A DNA stretch of 64,000 nucleotides from positions 128,001-192,000 of IMG/VR virus record IMGVR_UViG_3300028886_000028; one strand, given 5' to 3'. Made by a program: the position numbers and the translations under genes. Source of the DNA: a virus (Duplodnaviria > Caudoviricetes). Positions 31,592-40,772 of the stretch are shown piece after piece. The notes below the pieces were generated by a model. That model ran no database searches. It worked only from the letters and a program-made list of their open reading frames with translations, and was not told where the DNA came from. Numbering within the stretch: position 1 is the stretch's first letter; every line of letters begins with the position of its first letter.

Positions 31592-32929
31592 ATGGCAAAA
31601 TATTTAAAATTATTTAGTGCTCATACTGATTATGAAGCTGCTAAAAGTAGTTTAATCCTACCAAATGTATCAATATGCTCTGATGTGCCTGATGAGGTGC
31701 ATTATAATCCACTTAGATGCGAAGAAAGGAGTGTATATGAGGTTGTAGGTATGCCATATTATCCGGCTACTGTTGATGGTGCTGATACATCATTTGACAT
31801 TACCGTCAATTATATAAGAACTGACATTAGCTTGTATTGTCAAGAGACAGTTACAGAAGGTACAGATACTGTAACTGTTGAGATTGGTGTGAATCCAAGT
31901 ACAAGTAATACGAGGACTGTAACGGGTACAGTTGATTATTACGGTAATGAGATTGAGTATAGTGTCACTCAGAGTAAGTTTGAGGCAAAGGTAACAGCTA
32001 AGTTCGATGTAACAGATACAAGTAGTCCAACAAAGTTATTAAATAACACAAATCATTTCAGTTCAATTGAGATAGATGACGTTGTTCAACCATCAGTTGT
32101 CAGCGCATATACGTTCGATACACTTGGTGAACATACAGTTAAATATACATTGGTAGACCCAACAATTATAGGCAGTAAAGCTTTCAGTGGCTGTACTAGT
32201 CTTACAAGTATAGATATACCTGATGGTGTTACAAGTATTGGTACTGAGGCTTTCAGAGGTTGTAGTAGCCTTAGTAGTTGTACAATAGGTGATGGTGTAA
32301 TAAGTATTGGTAATAGTGCTTTCAATGGCTGTACTAGTCTTACAAGTATAGATATACCTGATAGTGTAACAACTATTGGTAATAATGTTTTCTATAATTG
32401 TAGTGGCCTTACAAGTTGTACAATAGGTAGTGGTGTAACAAGTATCGGTAGTAATGCTTTCCAAGATTGTACTAGTCTTACAAATATAGTTATACCTGAT
32501 AGTGTTACAAGTATTGGTAATAGCGCTTTCAATGGATGTAGAAGTCTTACAAGTTGTACAATAGGTAGTGGCGTGACAAATATTGGTGATAGTGCTTTCA
32601 GAAATTGTAGAAGTCTTACAAGCTGTACAATAGGTGATGGCGTTACAAGTATTGGTAATAATGCTTTCCAAAATTGTACTAGCCTTGCAAGTTGTACAAT
32701 AGGCAGTGGTGTTACAAGTATTGGTAATAATGCTTTCCAAGATTGTACTAGTCTTAGTAACATAACATGCAATGCAATGACAGCGCCTACAATAGATAAT
32801 AATACATTCCAAAATGTTAAAACTAATGGAACATTATACGTTCCGCAAGGTAGTACTAGCTATGATGTATGGATGGGAACAGGAAACTATTACTTAGGAA
32901 AGTATAGTTGGACAAAAGTTGAACAATAA
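31592..32929 (+). CDS. Leader-family modular protein: leader + BACON-like repeat + BspA-type leucine-rich repeats
   Basis: MAKYLKLFSAHTDYEAAKSSLILPNVS...EVHYNP leader; 23-aa repeats TSIG..AF..CTSLTSI.IPD.V. Confidence 0.88.
   Translation: MAKYLKLFSAHTDYEAAKSSLILPNVSICSDVPDEVHYNPLRCEERSVYEVVGMPYYPATVDGADTSFDITVNYIRTDISLYCQETVTEGTDTVTVEIGVNPSTSNTRTVTGTVDYYGNEIEYSVTQSKFEAKVTAKFDVTDTSSPTKLLNNTNHFSSIEIDDVVQPSVVSAYTFDTLGEHTVKYTLVDPTIIGSKAFSGCTSLTSIDIPDGVTSIGTEAFRGCSSLSSCTIGDGVISIGNSAFNGCTSLTSIDIPDSVTTIGNNVFYNCSGLTSCTIGSGVTSIGSNAFQDCTSLTNIVIPDSVTSIGNSAFNGCRSLTSCTIGSGVTNIGDSAFRNCRSLTSCTIGDGVTSIGNNAFQNCTSLASCTIGSGVTSIGNNAFQDCTSLSNITCNAMTAPTIDNNTFQNVKTNGTLYVPQGSTSYDVWMGTGNYYLGKYSWTKVEQ
32164..32760 (+). 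repeat. Tandem 69-bp coding repeats (BspA/LRR_5)
   Basis: Recurring GTTACAAGTATTGGT..TGCTTTC..TGTA..AGTCTTACAAG units. Confidence 0.9.
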
Positions 32930-32946
32930 CAGTAGTAAGTAATATA

Positions 32947-33019
32947 AGGAGTGATTACAGTAGTAGTTACTCCTTTTATTATACCACCTTATGATTGTGG
33001 TCATACCAATGGAAGTACA
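32947..33019 (+). repeat. Cassette 3' element type A (terminator hairpin + 54-bp tail), copy 1
   Basis: 32966-33019 matches 36735-36788 at 53/54 nt; AAGGAGT...ACTCCTT hairpin. Confidence 0.9.
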
Positions 33020-33030
33020 TCTAATTATTT

Positions 33031-33855
33031 TTAATAATTTAATAGTATTTCTTTATCATTATCAACGTCTTCCACATTTTTTATTTCAAAATCATACAGT
33101 GAATATTCATTTGATAAATCAATAAATTCATGGCTGTTTTTTTCCAAATCCCAAACAACAAATCCATGTTGCGTGACAGTTTCTCCAAATGTTTGTTGTA
33201 TTAATGACCCGGGATAAACAATTGTTACATCACCACGTTTTATTTCTTGACGTTTATGAATATCACCAGCAGCAACAAAGTCACATCCATAAAATTCGTC
33301 ACCATCTATTCCACTTTCAACAACAGTACCATTGTTTAATGTTGCGCCTACTATTGTTCCATGATAAAGTCCAATTATTGTATTATCAGGAAAATCTTTT
33401 TTTGCTTGCTCTATATTTGGTTTTCTATAATCTGTGAATATTGAATATAAAGCCCAACAAACATTGTCATCAGGTACAATACCACTATCATATCCCAAAT
33501 AGCTATCTAAATGTATTGAATTTGAAAATTTGGATGCTGTGAATATTGCTGTAAGCGTATCTACTCTTGACATATTGCCAACCATTAGGTCGTGATTTCC
33601 ACTTATAACAATAACCTTGCCAAATTCTTCAAGGCTTCTTATCCAGGAGCTAACAAATGCTATTAACTCATTTGATATTGAGTTTTTAGAATGGACAATA
33701 TCGCCAGATATAACAATTCTTATTTCATCATTGTTATAGCCTTTTGTTATTTCCTTTATTTTTTCATTTAGTTCATTAAGTTTTGATGTGTATTCTTCCA
33801 ACCTTTGAAAGTTTCTTATATGCACGTCTGCAATATGAATTATTTTTTTTATCAT
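33031..33855 (-). CDS. SbcD/Mre11/gp47-like metallophosphoesterase nuclease
   Basis: HIADVH, SGDIVH, SGNHD, GLYHG, GDIHKRQ, YPGSLIQQTFGE. Confidence 0.85.
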   Translation of the reverse strand: MIKKIIHIADVHIRNFQRLEEYTSKLNELNEKIKEITKGYNNDEIRIVISGDIVHSKNSISNELIAFVSSWIRSLEEFGKVIVISGNHDLMVGNMSRVDTLTAIFTASKFSNSIHLDSYLGYDSGIVPDDNVCWALYSIFTDYRKPNIEQAKKDFPDNTIIGLYHGTIVGATLNNGTVVESGIDGDEFYGCDFVAAGDIHKRQEIKRGDVTIVYPGSLIQQTFGETVTQHGFVVWDLEKNSHEFIDLSNEYSLYDFEIKNVEDVDNDKEILLNY

Positions 33856-33874
33856 GTCTTAAAAATGTTTTATA

Positions 33875-33882
33875 CAAATATA
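33875..33882 (-). promoter_or_regulatory. Bacteroidota sigma-A -7 element (TATATTTG)
   Basis: TTTTTTGTATATTTG on minus strand 20 nt upstream of the nuclease ATG. Confidence 0.65.
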
Positions 33883-33932
33883 CAAAAAAAATATAAAATA
33901 CAGAAATATTTATATTAAATTAAAATGTGAAA

Positions 33933-34745
33933 ATGGCAGAAAGTATAGAAAAAATAGGATGGACTGCTACAGCTGATAAAGATTGGATAAATGTAATACC
34001 TCCGCATGGTGAAGGTGACATGGATATTGAAATACAGGTTATTCCTTCATCAGCTGTAGGGGATACTAATACGGCAGGCACTGTTACAATAGCTTGTAAT
34101 GATTGTGACACGGGCCCTTATGAAATTAAAGTATATCGTTGCGCCCCATCTGATTGCGAATATAAGTTATATAAGATTGATAATGTAAATATACCTTGTA
34201 GTGGATGCAATGAAAATGATACGTTAAATATAACATGTCATTATAATAGTGAATATTGCGAAGAAACTTCTGCAACTGAGTCATATATTGTGACTCAAGC
34301 CATATCTTGTAATGATACTACATCTACTAAGACTTACACTAAAACTTATAATGGAATAAGTTTCACAATTACTCAGGCAGCAGGAAATTGTTGCTGTACT
34401 TGTGACAATTTAGAATTAAGTAAATATAGTGTTACATTAGAACCTGACGGAGAAGATACAGTTTCAATTAATGATTCTGAAAATTGTGGATTTAATAATT
34501 TTAATGTTACATCTAGTAATGCAAGTATTGCGACAGCCTCAATAAATGGAAATACCATAACAATAAATGGGGTATCTGATGGTAATGCTACAATAACAGT
34601 TAGTTATGAATTAGATGGAACTAACTGTTCAAAAAATATTAGTGTGGCAGTTTCAACAGAATGCAAAGGATATACAATATCTCCTAATATACAGGTAGAT
34701 TGTGAAGGCGGAACAGTAATATTCACGGCAAATCCTAAAAACTAA
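33933..34745 (+). CDS. Cys-rich protein with BACON-like and Big_2 Ig-like domains
   Basis: WTATADKDWINVIP..GEG (BACON); VTSSNASIATASINGNTITINGVSDGNATITV (Big_2). ATG at 33933 preferred. Confidence 0.65.
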   Translation: MAESIEKIGWTATADKDWINVIPPHGEGDMDIEIQVIPSSAVGDTNTAGTVTIACNDCDTGPYEIKVYRCAPSDCEYKLYKIDNVNIPCSGCNENDTLNITCHYNSEYCEETSATESYIVTQAISCNDTTSTKTYTKTYNGISFTITQAAGNCCCTCDNLELSKYSVTLEPDGEDTVSINDSENCGFNNFNVTSSNASIATASINGNTITINGVSDGNATITVSYELDGTNCSKNISVAVSTECKGYTISPNIQVDCEGGTVIFTANPKN

Positions 34746-34768
34746 TTTGATTAAAAAAATATTGAAAA

Positions 34769-35419
34769 ATGATAATTCTTATAGACAATGGACATGGTTC
34801 TAACACAGAACAAAATGGAAAGTTCAGTCCTTTATTGGAATCTGATATGAAAATTGGGTCAGAATTCACTAATGGAGGAAGGTTTCGTGAGTGGAAATAT
34901 AACAGGGTAATATCTAATATGATAGTAGATAAACTTGTTTCAATGGGATATGATGCGAGACTAGTTGTTCCTGAAGATAAAGATATATCTTTGTCAGAAA
35001 GAATACGCAGGATAAATACAATATGTAATAAGGTTGGAGCAGGCAATGTGTTATTAATTTCAGTTCATGCTAATGCGGTTGGAAATGGTTCTCAATGGAT
35101 GACAGGAAAAGGTTGGGAAGCATATACAACAAAAGGAAAAACAAAATCTGATATTTTAGCAGATTTCCTTTATAAAAGAGCTGATAAAAATATATCAGGT
35201 AGAAAAATTAGAGAAGATTGGTCAGACGGAGATAGAGATAAAGAATCTGATTTTTATATCATTAAAAAATCATATTGTCCGGCCGTTTTGACAGAAAACT
35301 TTTTTTACGACAATAAAGATGATTTAAAATATCTAACATCAGACGAAGGAATTCACGCTGTTGTAAGATTACATATAGAAGGAATTATTGACTTCATTAA
35401 TTATATTAATAAAAAGTGA
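34769..35419 (+). CDS. N-acetylmuramoyl-L-alanine amidase (Amidase_3), probable endolysin
   Basis: LIDNGHG, E, LISVHANA, PAVLTENFF zinc-amidase motifs. Confidence 0.92.
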   Translation: MIILIDNGHGSNTEQNGKFSPLLESDMKIGSEFTNGGRFREWKYNRVISNMIVDKLVSMGYDARLVVPEDKDISLSERIRRINTICNKVGAGNVLLISVHANAVGNGSQWMTGKGWEAYTTKGKTKSDILADFLYKRADKNISGRKIREDWSDGDRDKESDFYIIKKSYCPAVLTENFFYDNKDDLKYLTSDEGIHAVVRLHIEGIIDFINYINKK

Positions 35420-35431
35420 AAAAACGATATT

Positions 35432-36703
35432 ATGGGAATTTATTTAAAAAAATTTAGCGCTCATACTGATTATGAAGCAGCTAAAAGTAGTTTAATACTA
35501 CCAAATGTATCAATATGCTCTGATGTGCTTGATGAGGTGCATTATAATCCATATGTAGGTATAAGTAGTGTTACACTTAACAAGAGTGAATTAAGTCTTA
35601 ATAAGGGTGAAACTGAGACGTTGGTAGCCACTGTATTGCCAGCTAATGCAAGTAACAAGGGTGTTACTTGGTCATCAAGTGATGATAGCGTTGCCACTGT
35701 GAGCAGTAACGGTCTTGTGACTGCTATTGGTGGTGGTAATACCAATATTACTGTAACAACTGTTGATGGTGGCTTTACAGCGCAATGTTCATTAAACATC
35801 ATTGTAAATGTAGCAGGTGTTACACTCAATAAGAGCACACTTAGTCTTAGCAAAGGTGCAACTGAAACATTAGTTGCAACAGTATCACCAAGCGATGCTG
35901 GTAATAAGAACGTTATTTGGTCATCGAGTAATGATAGTGTTGCTACTGTTAATAGCAATGGTCTTGTAACGGCTATTGGCGATAGTGGTAGTGCTATTAT
36001 TACAGTTACAACAGTTGATGGTGGTTTTACTGCACAGTGTGGCTGTAGTGTAATTGACACTAATGGGCATGATTATGTTGAGATTGGTGGACTTAAGTGG
36101 GCAACAAAGAATGTTGGTGCAAGCAAAATTACTGATAATGGTTTATATTTCCAATGGGGTGATACCCAAGGCTACACTGTTGACCAAGTAGGTAGTGGAA
36201 GCGGCAAGAAAGCCTTTGATTGGCCAGATTATAAGTACATAAGTGGAGTAGGAACATCAAGTTCGGCATTTACAAAATACAATTCAACTGATGGTTTAAC
36301 AACTCTTGAGGCTGTTGATGATGCTGCAAGTGTTAATATGGGTGGTTCATGGCGTATGCCAACATCTGAAGAATTACAAGCTCTTGGTGCTGCTAGTGAT
36401 TTTATCACGTCTGGCGGAACAAAAATAACAACCAGTGATAAGTTAACAACCTTAAATGGTGTCAAGGGTATCTTAGTTGCAGATAAAAACGACTATTCCA
36501 AGAGATTATTCTTTCCTACTGCGGGCTACTGCGCCAACACAACTGTGAACGATAGAGGAAGTAAAGGCTTCTGCCGGACGAGTTCGCTTTACAGTGGCGA
36601 CGTGAGTAAAGCCTACACCTTGCTCTTATTCAGCTACGGAGTGTACTGGGGTAGCGGCGGCCCTCGCAGCAACGGCTATCCGGTTCGTGGCGTGATTGCT
36701 TAA
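35432..36703 (+). CDS. Leader-family modular protein: leader + 2x Big_2 + C-terminal CLec/DUF1566-like domain with variable-looking end
   Basis: Leader MGIYLKKFSAHTDY...VHYNP; two 83-aa Big_2 repeats (249-nt period); HDYVEIGGLKWATKNVGA, WRMPT, LFFP..G, GYPVRGV. Confidence 0.88.
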   Translation: MGIYLKKFSAHTDYEAAKSSLILPNVSICSDVLDEVHYNPYVGISSVTLNKSELSLNKGETETLVATVLPANASNKGVTWSSSDDSVATVSSNGLVTAIGGGNTNITVTTVDGGFTAQCSLNIIVNVAGVTLNKSTLSLSKGATETLVATVSPSDAGNKNVIWSSSNDSVATVNSNGLVTAIGDSGSAIITVTTVDGGFTAQCGCSVIDTNGHDYVEIGGLKWATKNVGASKITDNGLYFQWGDTQGYTVDQVGSGSGKKAFDWPDYKYISGVGTSSSAFTKYNSTDGLTTLEAVDDAASVNMGGSWRMPTSEELQALGAASDFITSGGTKITTSDKLTTLNGVKGILVADKNDYSKRLFFPTAGYCANTTVNDRGSKGFCRTSSLYSGDVSKAYTLLLFSYGVYWGSGGPRSNGYPVRGVIA

Positions 36704-36718
36704 TAAGCACTGCATACA

Positions 36719-36788
36719 AGGAGTAATCAAATAGGTTACTCCTTTTATTATGCCACCTTATGATTGTGGTCATACCAATGGAAGTACA
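36719..36788 (+). repeat. Cassette 3' element type A, copy 2
   Basis: Matches 32966-33019. Confidence 0.9.
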
Positions 36789-37011
36789 CCTTGTATATTT
36801 ATTCAGAAGGGGAATTTATTACCAACAGGTATATAGTTCCCTAAATTAATATTACACTCACATTCACATATTAAGCCTAAGTAATTATACCGTCGTTGTT
36901 ACTGCAACGATGGTTCTTTATTTATAAAGATAGTTATTTATTTGTTTATTTCAACAATTAATGCTATTTTTACATTAAAAAGATATTTATTAATATAAAA
37001 TTTAGTGAAGT

Positions 37012-37191
37012 ATGTTTAAGTTAGTAAGTAATATAAAAAACTCTAAATGGTCATTCATGAATGGCTACAATATATTTAATATGGAAACTGTTTGGCTATC
37101 AAAGAAAGAAGATGCACGTAAGTATTCTTTATTAGATGAAAATGGCAACAAACTTGATGTTAATGTTGAAGATTTTTTAGTTGATGAATAA
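37012..37191 (+). CDS. Small hypothetical protein (59 aa, not in ORF track)
   Basis: ATG 21 nt after GATATTTAT; MFKLVSNIK...FLVDE; stop overlaps next start. Confidence 0.55.
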   Translation: MFKLVSNIKNSKWSFMNGYNIFNMETVWLSKKEDARKYSLLDENGNKLDVNVEDFLVDE

Positions 37192-37843
37192 TAAATTAGA
37201 ATCATATATGATAAATAAAATAACAGATAAAGGCTTTAAATTTTCAAGTATTGTAAATAATGTTTTGAAAGAGTCTTTATCCAGATTGGCGTATCATTTC
37301 ACGTCTTTAAAGAAATTTTATCAAATGGTAGATTCTGATTCAATTATATTTTCCACAGCTCATGGCACTGATGAGTTAATAAATGCTGATTATGGTAGGG
37401 GTGCTCCTTATTATTTGTCAACAACAAGAGTTCGTGATGGAAGATTTGGGTATTCTAGTGGATTAAATACAAGAATAGAATTGAATTCTGATTTCTTCAA
37501 TAGTAGGTTTCATTCAGGGCCCGTTAATTTCTTTGTGCCTGACGAAAGGGAAAGAAATTACCACAGTAAGCAAAATGTAGGAAAAGCAGAAAACGAAGAT
37601 AGAATTTTTTCAAATGTAAAGGTTTTAGAAGGTTTATCTAAATGCATTAATAGGGTAGATATATATTTGAATATACCTAATGAGGAACTGCCTTTATTCA
37701 AGCAAAGATATTATGATATATATTTGATGCTTCGTGACATATATAATACAGGTATAGGTCTTAAAACCTTTATTTATAACGATGAAAAAGAATTTAATAG
37801 ACAAGGAAAAAATATAACAGAAATAATATTAAAAATGTTGTAA
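37184..37843 (+). CDS. Hypothetical protein, possible ADP-ribosyltransferase-like fold
   Basis: AYHFTS, YLSTTR and ENEDR motifs in ART-like order. Confidence 0.35.
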   Translation: MNNKLESYMINKITDKGFKFSSIVNNVLKESLSRLAYHFTSLKKFYQMVDSDSIIFSTAHGTDELINADYGRGAPYYLSTTRVRDGRFGYSSGLNTRIELNSDFFNSRFHSGPVNFFVPDERERNYHSKQNVGKAENEDRIFSNVKVLEGLSKCINRVDIYLNIPNEELPLFKQRYYDIYLMLRDIYNTGIGLKTFIYNDEKEFNRQGKNITEIILKML

Positions 37844-37850
37844 AAATCAT

Positions 37851-39332
37851 ATGGGAAGTTATATAAAAATATTTAATACTCATGAAGAGTATCTTGAATG
37901 GGTAGAAACTTCATTGGTAGAGCCTAACATTTCATTTTGTAAAGATAAGCCTCGCCAAGTACATTATCATCCATTGTCTGGATGTACAGAAGGTGTTGTG
38001 TATAAAATTACAAGCACGCCATCTTACCCTTCTATAATTGAAAACGATGTGACATCATTTGATATTAGCTTTGATTATAGAAAGGCTGATATAGATGAAC
38101 ATTGCAGAGAAACAGATATTGTAAACAGCGCTGATACTGTAACAGTTAATTGTGGCGCAAATACAGGCTCAACAGATAGAGTTGTATCAGGAGTCGTAAC
38201 ATGGAATAGAAACGATATTGAATATAACGTTGTTCAAAAAGGAGTTTGTGTTGATTCCACTGTATATGAACTTGTAGGAAATCCATCTTATCCGGCAACT
38301 ATTCAATATGACGTAACATCATTTGATATTAATTTCAATTATAAGAAAACTGTAACAACAAGTGATTGTCAAAAAACTGTTACAAACAGTGCAGATACTG
38401 TAACTGTTAATTGCGGAGCGAATACAGGTTCATCAGATAGAACAGTGTCAGGTACTGTAACATGGAATGGCATAAACATTGAGTATAGTGTTACGCAGAA
38501 AAAAGGTTGTACTGTTTCAACTGTATATGAGCTTGTAGGAAATCCATCTTATCCAGCAACAATTGAATACGATACAACATCATTTGTTATTAACTTTAAT
38601 TACAAAAAAACTGATACAAATGAGTATTGCCAAGAAACTGTTACAAACAGTGCAGATACTGTAACTGTTAATTGTGGCGCGAATACAGGTTCGTCAGATA
38701 GAACAGTATCCGGTACCGTAACATGGAATGGAATTAATATTGAATATAACGTTACACAAAGTGGCTATTCTGACCCGTATGGAGGCTATGAGTATGTTGA
38801 CTTAGGTCTTCCTAGTGGATTAAAATGGGCTAAATATAATATTGGTGCTTCCAATGAAAGCGAAGTAGGAATGTATTTTTCATACGGAAATATAGTCGGG
38901 CATTATAATTGTGACGGGTATGATTTTTCATCCGCTAGTTACAGTACAACAAACGGTTATAGATTAAGCGGAAATATACCTCAAAATTCACAGTATGATG
39001 CGGCTATTGCTATTTGGGGTAATGGATGGAGAATGCCGACGCGAGACGAATTTCAAGAATTAATAAATAATACAACTTGTTCTTATGATTCAAATACATA
39101 TACATTCACTATAACAAGTAAAATAAATGGTAAATCAATTAAAATAAAAGCTTCAGGATATTGGGATAATACTTCTTGCCCTAGCCTTACGACAACATCA
39201 ATATATATCATGTCTTCCACATTATCAGGAAAATATGGAGTATCATTGAATGCCTCTTCTTATGGCGATTATAAAATGCACGTATATGGTAATAGATTTA
39301 CAGGCTTACCAATTCGTCCTGTACATAGTTAA
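37851..39332 (+). CDS. Leader-family modular protein: divergent leader + 3x 87-aa BACON-like repeats + CLec/DUF1566-like domain
   Basis: MGSYIKIFNTHEEY...LVEPNISFC...QVHYHP; YEYVDLGLPSGLKWA, WRMPT, GLPIRPV. Confidence 0.85.
   Translation: MGSYIKIFNTHEEYLEWVETSLVEPNISFCKDKPRQVHYHPLSGCTEGVVYKITSTPSYPSIIENDVTSFDISFDYRKADIDEHCRETDIVNSADTVTVNCGANTGSTDRVVSGVVTWNRNDIEYNVVQKGVCVDSTVYELVGNPSYPATIQYDVTSFDINFNYKKTVTTSDCQKTVTNSADTVTVNCGANTGSSDRTVSGTVTWNGINIEYSVTQKKGCTVSTVYELVGNPSYPATIEYDTTSFVINFNYKKTDTNEYCQETVTNSADTVTVNCGANTGSSDRTVSGTVTWNGINIEYNVTQSGYSDPYGGYEYVDLGLPSGLKWAKYNIGASNESEVGMYFSYGNIVGHYNCDGYDFSSASYSTTNGYRLSGNIPQNSQYDAAIAIWGNGWRMPTRDEFQELINNTTCSYDSNTYTFTITSKINGKSIKIKASGYWDNTSCPSLTTTSIYIMSSTLSGKYGVSLNASSYGDYKMHVYGNRFTGLPIRPVHS
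37981..38760 (+). repeat. Three tandem 261-bp coding repeats
   Basis: C...VYE.VG.PSYPATI...NSADTVTVNCGANTGS.DR.VSG.VTWN..IEY.V.Q x3; copies 2 and 3 near-identical in DNA. Confidence 0.9.
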
Positions 39333-39333
39333 T

Positions 39334-39365
39334 AAAAGAGCAATCTTTGTTGATTGCTCTTTTTC
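39334..39365. terminator. Bidirectional terminator between convergent genes
   Basis: AAAAGAGCAATC-TTTGTT-GATTGCTCTTTT. Confidence 0.75.
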
Positions 39366-39368
39366 ATT

Positions 39369-40385
39369 TTAAAATAGTTCATATTCTTGCATTTTTTTTG
39401 CTTGTCTCAAACACATTACAATTCCTTTATATCCATATTTTTCATATATTTCGCTTGGGTCTTTTCCTAAATCTGTATTGATTAATTTTATTTTGCCGTA
39501 TAGTCTTCCATGATTTAATTCTTTGTATATATTTTTATTTTCATCCATTGTATCATTATCAAGCCATATATTTATGTTTGCGTTTGCATTTTTGATAATT
39601 TCCCAATATAATTTAAACTCTTTATTAATTGCTTTTCCCAATAAAGGAACTGAATTTGGAACTACTATATGGTCGAATGGGCCTTCTACTATCGTAATAT
39701 CTGCATCCCATTGAAGTTTATCTTCATTGAAAATTATATTTTTCCTTTCTGTTTTTGGATTGAAATATTTTACCATTCCTTTTCTATCAAGATAATCTCT
39801 TCCTGTCCAGTAATTTAAATCGCCATATAAATCATGTGATGGAATATATATTCTATATGATGAAATATATTCGTCTTTGTTGTATTCCGTGAAACCTATG
39901 TTAAATCTATCAATAATATCCCATCCAATTCCTCTATTGTTTAGATATTCAAGTGCTTTTTTTGGATAGTATTTATCTTTCCTAAACTGTTTAAAGGTTT
40001 TGGGCAGCATCAAATCTTCAATATCAATTGATTTTGTATCAATGTTAAATTCATCTTCCGAAAATTTTAATTTATATAGTTTACTTTCACGAAATGAACG
40101 TATTGCTTCTTTATAATCATTCAATAATTGTTCATTTCCATACAGTTTAATGAGCTTCAAAATAGAGCCACTCATTTGTTCCCCTTCATTAGAACACGAC
40201 CAACAGTGATAACGCTGAATCTGTAAATTAACTTCCAGATTAAATTTATGTGCTTCCTTTTCTCCTTTATTTTCTATACATTTTGGACATCCAAACTGTA
40301 GCTGCATGTTTTTACCATCAAATCCATTTTTTGCTTCTCCAAGAAATGATGCTAATATATTATACATTTTATCAAGTTCATCCAT
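39369..40385 (-). CDS. DNA primase (zinc finger + TOPRIM)
   Basis: CPKC...HCWSC zinc finger, YLNNRGI, IVEGPFD, WLDND. Start MDELDK at 40385 preferred. Confidence 0.85.
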   Translation of the reverse strand: MDELDKMYNILASFLGEAKNGFDGKNMQLQFGCPKCIENKGEKEAHKFNLEVNLQIQRYHCWSCSNEGEQMSGSILKLIKLYGNEQLLNDYKEAIRSFRESKLYKLKFSEDEFNIDTKSIDIEDLMLPKTFKQFRKDKYYPKKALEYLNNRGIGWDIIDRFNIGFTEYNKDEYISSYRIYIPSHDLYGDLNYWTGRDYLDRKGMVKYFNPKTERKNIIFNEDKLQWDADITIVEGPFDHIVVPNSVPLLGKAINKEFKLYWEIIKNANANINIWLDNDTMDENKNIYKELNHGRLYGKIKLINTDLGKDPSEIYEKYGYKGIVMCLRQAKKMQEYELF

Positions 40386-40404
40386 AATTAAATATTTTTG
40401 TAGG

Positions 40405-40412
40405 CAAATATA
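40405..40412 (-). promoter_or_regulatory. Bacteroidota -7 element upstream of primase
   Basis: TATATTTG 20 nt upstream of ATG. Confidence 0.65.
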
Positions 40413-40473
40413 CATAAAAATTTTAGAAAAACAAAGCTGAATAGATATTTATATTTAAAAAATATTATTTTAA

Positions 40474-40752
40474 ATGGATAAGAAAAAAGTAATTAGGGAT
40501 AGTGATATTTTGAGAGGAATGGAAATGATGGTTGATTATGAGCCTACTGTTTATGGCTATAATGGTCATTATTATTACACAAATCTTGCTGAAGAATCAG
40601 CAATAATTGATGACCACACACATAGATTTGATGAACATTCTCTTGATGATACTCAGGGAATTATTTGGCAAGATAATTCTTTAGATGAAAATAATTTGGA
40701 AGAAAAACAAGTTGAATGGCTTAAAAAGGCATTCTGGTTGTATTATTATTAA
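40474..40752 (+). CDS. Hypothetical protein
   Basis: Follows ATATTTAT motif. Confidence 0.55.
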   Translation: MDKKKVIRDSDILRGMEMMVDYEPTVYGYNGHYYYTNLAEESAIIDDHTHRFDEHSLDDTQGIIWQDNSLDENNLEEKQVEWLKKAFWLYYY

Positions 40753-40772
40753 ATAATTGAAAAATATATAAT

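Noticed and set aside
32086-32812. Antisense ORFs over the LRR array (also 35542-36060)
   Set aside because: Shadows of repetitive sense-strand codons; low-complexity products
39130-39332. 3' end of gene 37851 as an active DGR variable region
   Set aside because: Same fold motif but AT-rich codons, no NNC bias, and no type A/B 3' element
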